Shown here: positions 15,832-19,418 of the stretch, piece by piece
Layout of the letters: every line of letters begins with the position of its first letter
How positions within the stretch are numbered: position 1 is the stretch's first letter
Assembly (NCBI GenBank): GCA_046757525.1
Contig: JBHHYI010000077.1
Span: forward strand, 1-19,418
DNA length: 19,418 bases
From: a bacterium
Lineage (GTDB): Bacteria > Zhuqueibacterota > Zhuqueibacteria > Oceanimicrobiales > Oceanimicrobiaceae
Direction: 5' to 3'
Notes under the pieces: model-generated
Database searches by the model: none
The model's input: the letters and a program-made list of their open reading frames with translations, nothing else
What the model was told of the DNA's origin: nothing
Program-made: the position numbers and the translations under genes

Positions 15832-17862
15832 ATGGACAGGAAGGTTCGACTATTATTTTGTTTGGTGTTAATTCGCCTGTTAGCCCAACAAACCTTTGCT
15901 CACAGCTTTAACCTCGTCGAGCAAGATACTTCCCGGTTAAACAAGCCCTTTGAGGCAGACTCCAGACAACAGTTTCATGAGCAGAGCAGGTCGCAAAACG
16001 CCTTTCTCAACCGGTCCAGACTTGGTGCCCCTGTCAACACACGTAGTCCGGTGGATGTGAATGCCCTGTCGGTTTACGGTTTTGATCTGTTCAACCAAGA
16101 AGCGACCAACCTGTTGAAGCAAGAGGTCGGCGCTTTTGTGATGCCCCCCAATTACCGCTTGGGGCCTGGTGACAAGATCAGCATATTTCTTTTGGGCAAT
16201 GTGCAGGAAAACCGCGAAGTCATGGTCAACGTGGAGGGCAAGGTGTTCATTCCGCCCGCCGGGGTTTTGTACGTCTGGGGTTTGACCATGGATGAGTTGA
16301 AATCGCAGCTTACGGGGAAATTCTCCAAATACTATGACAATTTCAGCGTGGATCTCATGTTGCTGGCGCCCAAGAACGTCCAGGTTTCCGTGGTAGGCGA
16401 CGTGGTCCGGCCGGGTAAATACATTTTGAGCGCCATGAATACGGTGCTCGATGCCGTAATCTTTGCGGGCGGGCCCACCAAAAGGGGTTCCCTAAGAGAC
16501 ATCCAATTGCTTCGAAACGGCAAGAAAGTCGCTTCGGTGGACTTGTACGAATTCCTCATGAGCGGCAGGAAAGAGTTCGATGTGTACCTGGAAGCAGGAG
16601 ACCGTATCCGGGTTCCTTTAGCAGAAAAAAAAGTACTGGTCAAAGGGGAAGTGGAACGTCCCTCGATTTTTGAACTGAAACCGGACGCCAACGAGAGACT
16701 GACAGATGTGGTCGAATTGGCCGAGGGCTTTACCGATTACGCTTACCTGGACAAGATCGAAATTAGCCGGCTGCTCGAAAACGGGCATCGCCGGCTTCTC
16801 TACGTAGACTACAACCAAATCGTGCAAGGGGACAGCTCACAAAACATCACCATGAAAAACGAAGATCAGGTGCGGGTCTTTTCGAAATTGGAACAGATTC
16901 ACGAAGGACGCGTGGCCATTTACGGCGAGATTCGCAGACCCGGCAGCTATGTGTTGCAGGACAACTTGCATCTGAGCGATCTCATCCTAAAGGCCGGCAA
17001 TCTCACGCGCAAGGCCTACACCCTGGAGGCGGAAGTCGCGAAAGTCGACCCGGGCAAGCCGACCCAATTCATCAAAGTGAATCTGGAACAGATGAACGAC
17101 GGTCACGATGGCCACGACAGCAACGACGATATTCTTCTGGATGAGGATGACCAGGTCTTTATCCGGCAAATCCCGGAATGGGAAGTTGACCTGACCGTGG
17201 AGGTGCAGGGTGAGGTCAAGTTTCCGGGCAAATATTCCATTGTGAAGGACAGCACCGGCTTGAACGAAATCTTAACGAAAGCGGGCGGATTTACCGAGGA
17301 TGCTTTCTTACAGGAAGCCTATGTCTGGCGCTCCAGTAGCCGGCTCAAGTTCGACAAAGAATTTGAGCGCCTTAAGAGAATGCGCCGCGATGAGATGACC
17401 GACCTGGAATACCAGTACCTGGTCATGCGGCAGAACTCTTCCGATGTGAAACGCATCGTGGTAAACTTCGAGAAGCTCTACTACGGTCATGATGCTACGG
17501 AAGATATCATCTTGGAAGACGGCGATGTTATTGTGGTGCCCAAAGCGCCCAAGGTCGTAAGCGTCACCGGCAGCGTGGCCAAACCAGGAGGCGTCACCTT
17601 TCAGGCAGATGCGGGCCTTTCCTATTACATCGCCAAGGCAGGCGGTGCCACCTGGGACGCCAGTCTAAAGCGGACTAAAGTAATCAAAGTAACTGGCGAA
17701 GTACTGGATGACGAGGACGTTCATCTCTTTCAGCCCGGCGACATCATCTGGGTGCCGCGCAAATCAGACAAGAAATTCTGGCCCATCGCCTTGCAGTCCA
17801 TTACTGTCGCTGCCCAACTGGCCTCCATCTTCCTGATCATCGACACGGCCCTTCGCCGTTGA
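15832..17862 (+). CDS. Polysaccharide export protein, Poly_export plus multiple SLBB domains (large Wza/KpsD-like OPX)
   Basis: YGFDLF, NYRLGPGDKI..VNVEGKVFIP, repeated V.GEV.RPG.Y..L...AGG SLBB units, C-terminal amphipathic helix. TTG 15781 overlaps the -10 box, so ATG 15832 (676 aa) is preferred. Confidence 0.88.
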   Translation: MDRKVRLLFCLVLIRLLAQQTFAHSFNLVEQDTSRLNKPFEADSRQQFHEQSRSQNAFLNRSRLGAPVNTRSPVDVNALSVYGFDLFNQEATNLLKQEVGAFVMPPNYRLGPGDKISIFLLGNVQENREVMVNVEGKVFIPPAGVLYVWGLTMDELKSQLTGKFSKYYDNFSVDLMLLAPKNVQVSVVGDVVRPGKYILSAMNTVLDAVIFAGGPTKRGSLRDIQLLRNGKKVASVDLYEFLMSGRKEFDVYLEAGDRIRVPLAEKKVLVKGEVERPSIFELKPDANERLTDVVELAEGFTDYAYLDKIEISRLLENGHRRLLYVDYNQIVQGDSSQNITMKNEDQVRVFSKLEQIHEGRVAIYGEIRRPGSYVLQDNLHLSDLILKAGNLTRKAYTLEAEVAKVDPGKPTQFIKVNLEQMNDGHDGHDSNDDILLDEDDQVFIRQIPEWEVDLTVEVQGEVKFPGKYSIVKDSTGLNEILTKAGGFTEDAFLQEAYVWRSSSRLKFDKEFERLKRMRRDEMTDLEYQYLVMRQNSSDVKRIVVNFEKLYYGHDATEDIILEDGDVIVVPKAPKVVSVTGSVAKPGGVTFQADAGLSYYIAKAGGATWDASLKRTKVIKVTGEVLDDEDVHLFQPGDIIWVPRKSDKKFWPIALQSITVAAQLASIFLIIDTALRR

Positions 17863-17876
17863 AGCATTAGAGAAAT

Positions 17877-19157
17877 ATGCAAAACTCTCGGCAAGAATTT
17901 GAGAATTCGGCAGAGGAAATCGACCTTCTGGATTATCTCGGCGTCATCCTGAAACATCGACGGATGATTTTGCGCAACGTGTTGGTGGCGGCCCTGGTCG
18001 TCGCCGTGGTCAGCTTAATTTTGCCCAGCACCTACACGGCCACCACCACGCTGCTGCCGCCGGACGACAGCGACAACCAGGGGCTGCTGGGGATGTTAGC
18101 CAACTCGCCGGTCTCCGTTTTGAACCTGCCAGGGTTACCGGCAACCTCGTCCGATATTTTTGTGGAAATTTTAAAGAGCAGGACCGTTGCACTGGGTGTG
18201 TTACAGCACTCCTACAAAATCAAAGAGCGGGAACAAGATCTGTACAGCTATTGGGACGAGGACAGCAAAGAACAAGCCACCCGGCATCTCAGAAAGAAGG
18301 TACGGGTCTGGGCCAACGAACAGGGCATCATCAACATTGCGGTGGAGATGAGAGATCCTGACCTCGCCGCCCAGGTGGCCCAAGCCTTTGTGGAACAGCT
18401 CGACCAGGTCAACAAAGAAAAGAGTTTTTCCCGGGCAAAAAATTCCCGCATTTACATCGAAGAGCAACTGAAAATCACCGAAGCCCATCTGAAAAAGGCC
18501 TCGGAGGCTTTGGCTCAGTTTCAATCGAAGAACAAAGCGGTGGCCTTGCAGGATCAGACGAAAGTCGCCATCGAGAGGGCCGGCGAGATTAAAGGCACGA
18601 TCATGGCCAAAGAAGTCCAACTGCAAGTGGCGCTGCAGACCATGAAGCCCGACAATCCGATTCTGCTCAAGTTGCAGAAAGAGCTGGACGAGCTGCGCAA
18701 ACAGTATGACCATCTGCAATTTGGCAACTCGGTTCCGTTTGAAAAACAGCGGGATTATTTTATTCCTTTTGCCGACGTGCCAGAAGTTGGCCTGAAACTT
18801 GCACAGCTCATGCGGGAGGTCAAGGTGCAGGAAACCGTGTGGCAGCTTCTAAACCAACAATACTACAGCGCCAAAATCCAGGAAGCCAGGGACACCCCGA
18901 CGGTGCAGGTTTTGGACAAGGCCGTGCCGCCCGAAAAGCGCACCAGCCCCAAAAGGACGCTGCTGGTTCTGGTGAGCTCGTTTTTGACTTTTTGCTTCAG
19001 CATTTTTGCCGCTTTTGTGTTAGAATACCATGAGCGTCTGAAACAGAACGAAGAAAGCTACCGGAAAGTAGCGAGAATCTTACAAGATTTGCAGGACGAT
19101 TACCGTCAAGTCAAACAGACCGTCCAGGGCTTGCTCAGGAGAATCCAGAGAAAGTGA
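17877..19157 (+). CDS. Polysaccharide co-polymerase / chain-length determinant (Wzz/GumC-like), without a fused tyrosine kinase
   Basis: EEIDLLDY + TM1 + P..Y.A...LLPP, EILKSR, long coiled coil, VQVLDKAVPPEKRTSPKR + TM2; no Walker A or Tyr cluster; 14 nt after the OPX gene. Confidence 0.88.
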   Translation: MQNSRQEFENSAEEIDLLDYLGVILKHRRMILRNVLVAALVVAVVSLILPSTYTATTTLLPPDDSDNQGLLGMLANSPVSVLNLPGLPATSSDIFVEILKSRTVALGVLQHSYKIKEREQDLYSYWDEDSKEQATRHLRKKVRVWANEQGIINIAVEMRDPDLAAQVAQAFVEQLDQVNKEKSFSRAKNSRIYIEEQLKITEAHLKKASEALAQFQSKNKAVALQDQTKVAIERAGEIKGTIMAKEVQLQVALQTMKPDNPILLKLQKELDELRKQYDHLQFGNSVPFEKQRDYFIPFADVPEVGLKLAQLMREVKVQETVWQLLNQQYYSAKIQEARDTPTVQVLDKAVPPEKRTSPKRTLLVLVSSFLTFCFSIFAAFVLEYHERLKQNEESYRKVARILQDLQDDYRQVKQTVQGLLRRIQRK

Positions 19158-19185
19158 TCCTGGCAATGCCGGAAGTTAATCCAAG

Positions 19186-19213
19186 AAGTCCCTCCTTAAT
19201 AAGGAGACTTTTT
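19186..19213 (+). terminator. Hairpin plus T-tract after the wzz-like gene
   Basis: AAGTCCCTCCTTA-A-TAAGGAGACTT followed by TTT. Confidence 0.4.
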
Positions 19214-19218
19214 AATTA

Positions 19219-19418
19219 AACACTGAAGAACACCGATTTTTTTTAGTTTTCTTAGTAAGGGTTGTTTGACGTTTTCGGTGTAATTCGGTGAGCTTCGGTG
19301 TTCTATTTTTAGCTTTTTAATTCAACACCGAAGGCCACTGAAGAACACTGAATTTTCCTGGGTTTAGCGGTAAGTGCTTTGTTTGACGTTTTCGGTGCTT
19401 TCGGTGTGCTTCAGTGTT
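19219..19418. repeat. Two tandem palindromic units built from 9-10 nt periodic subrepeats (may continue past the window)
   Basis: Units 19219-19302 and 19324-19418; left arms CAC(C/T)GAA repeats, right arms TTC(G/A)GTG x3; shared TTGTTTGACGTTTTCGGTG. Confidence 0.75.

Noticed and set aside
17098..17130. DGHDGHDSNDD micro-repeat in the OPX protein
   Set aside because: Short in-frame low-complexity loop with synonymous differences; not a phase-variable tract.
19219..19418. CRISPR array
   Set aside because: Repeats are short, inverted and degenerate, with no constant repeat/unique spacer pattern and no cas genes in the window.

Overview
Bacterial chromosomal window, probably from an FCB-superphylum lineage such as KSB1, Calditrichota or Ignavibacteria (inferred only from a QNYPNPFNP-type C-terminal sorting domain and the gene repertoire). 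Gene order: tesA-like arylesterase (-) divergent from a ybbA/ybbP-like ABC pair (+); a self-contained two-gene module of a 56-aa ORF missing from the ORF track plus a 245-aa membrane protein, with its own sigma70 promoter; a 1081-aa VPS10/BNR-repeat protein (-); a second MacB/FtsX-type ABC permease and ATPase (-); a sodium:solute symporter (-); a secreted FN3 + 3x Ig-like + T9SS-CTD-like protein behind a sigma54-type promoter (+); and the start of a polysaccharide export locus (multi-SLBB Wza/KpsD-like and Wzz/GumC-like genes). Most intergenic gaps hold palindromic REP-like or MITE-like elements, some nested. Best candidates for undescribed biology are the sORF + membrane protein module (4424-5462) and the sigma54-driven Ig-repeat protein at the head of the polysaccharide locus. 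No rRNA, tRNA, CRISPR array or transposase gene was recognised. All family assignments come from motif reading, not database searches.
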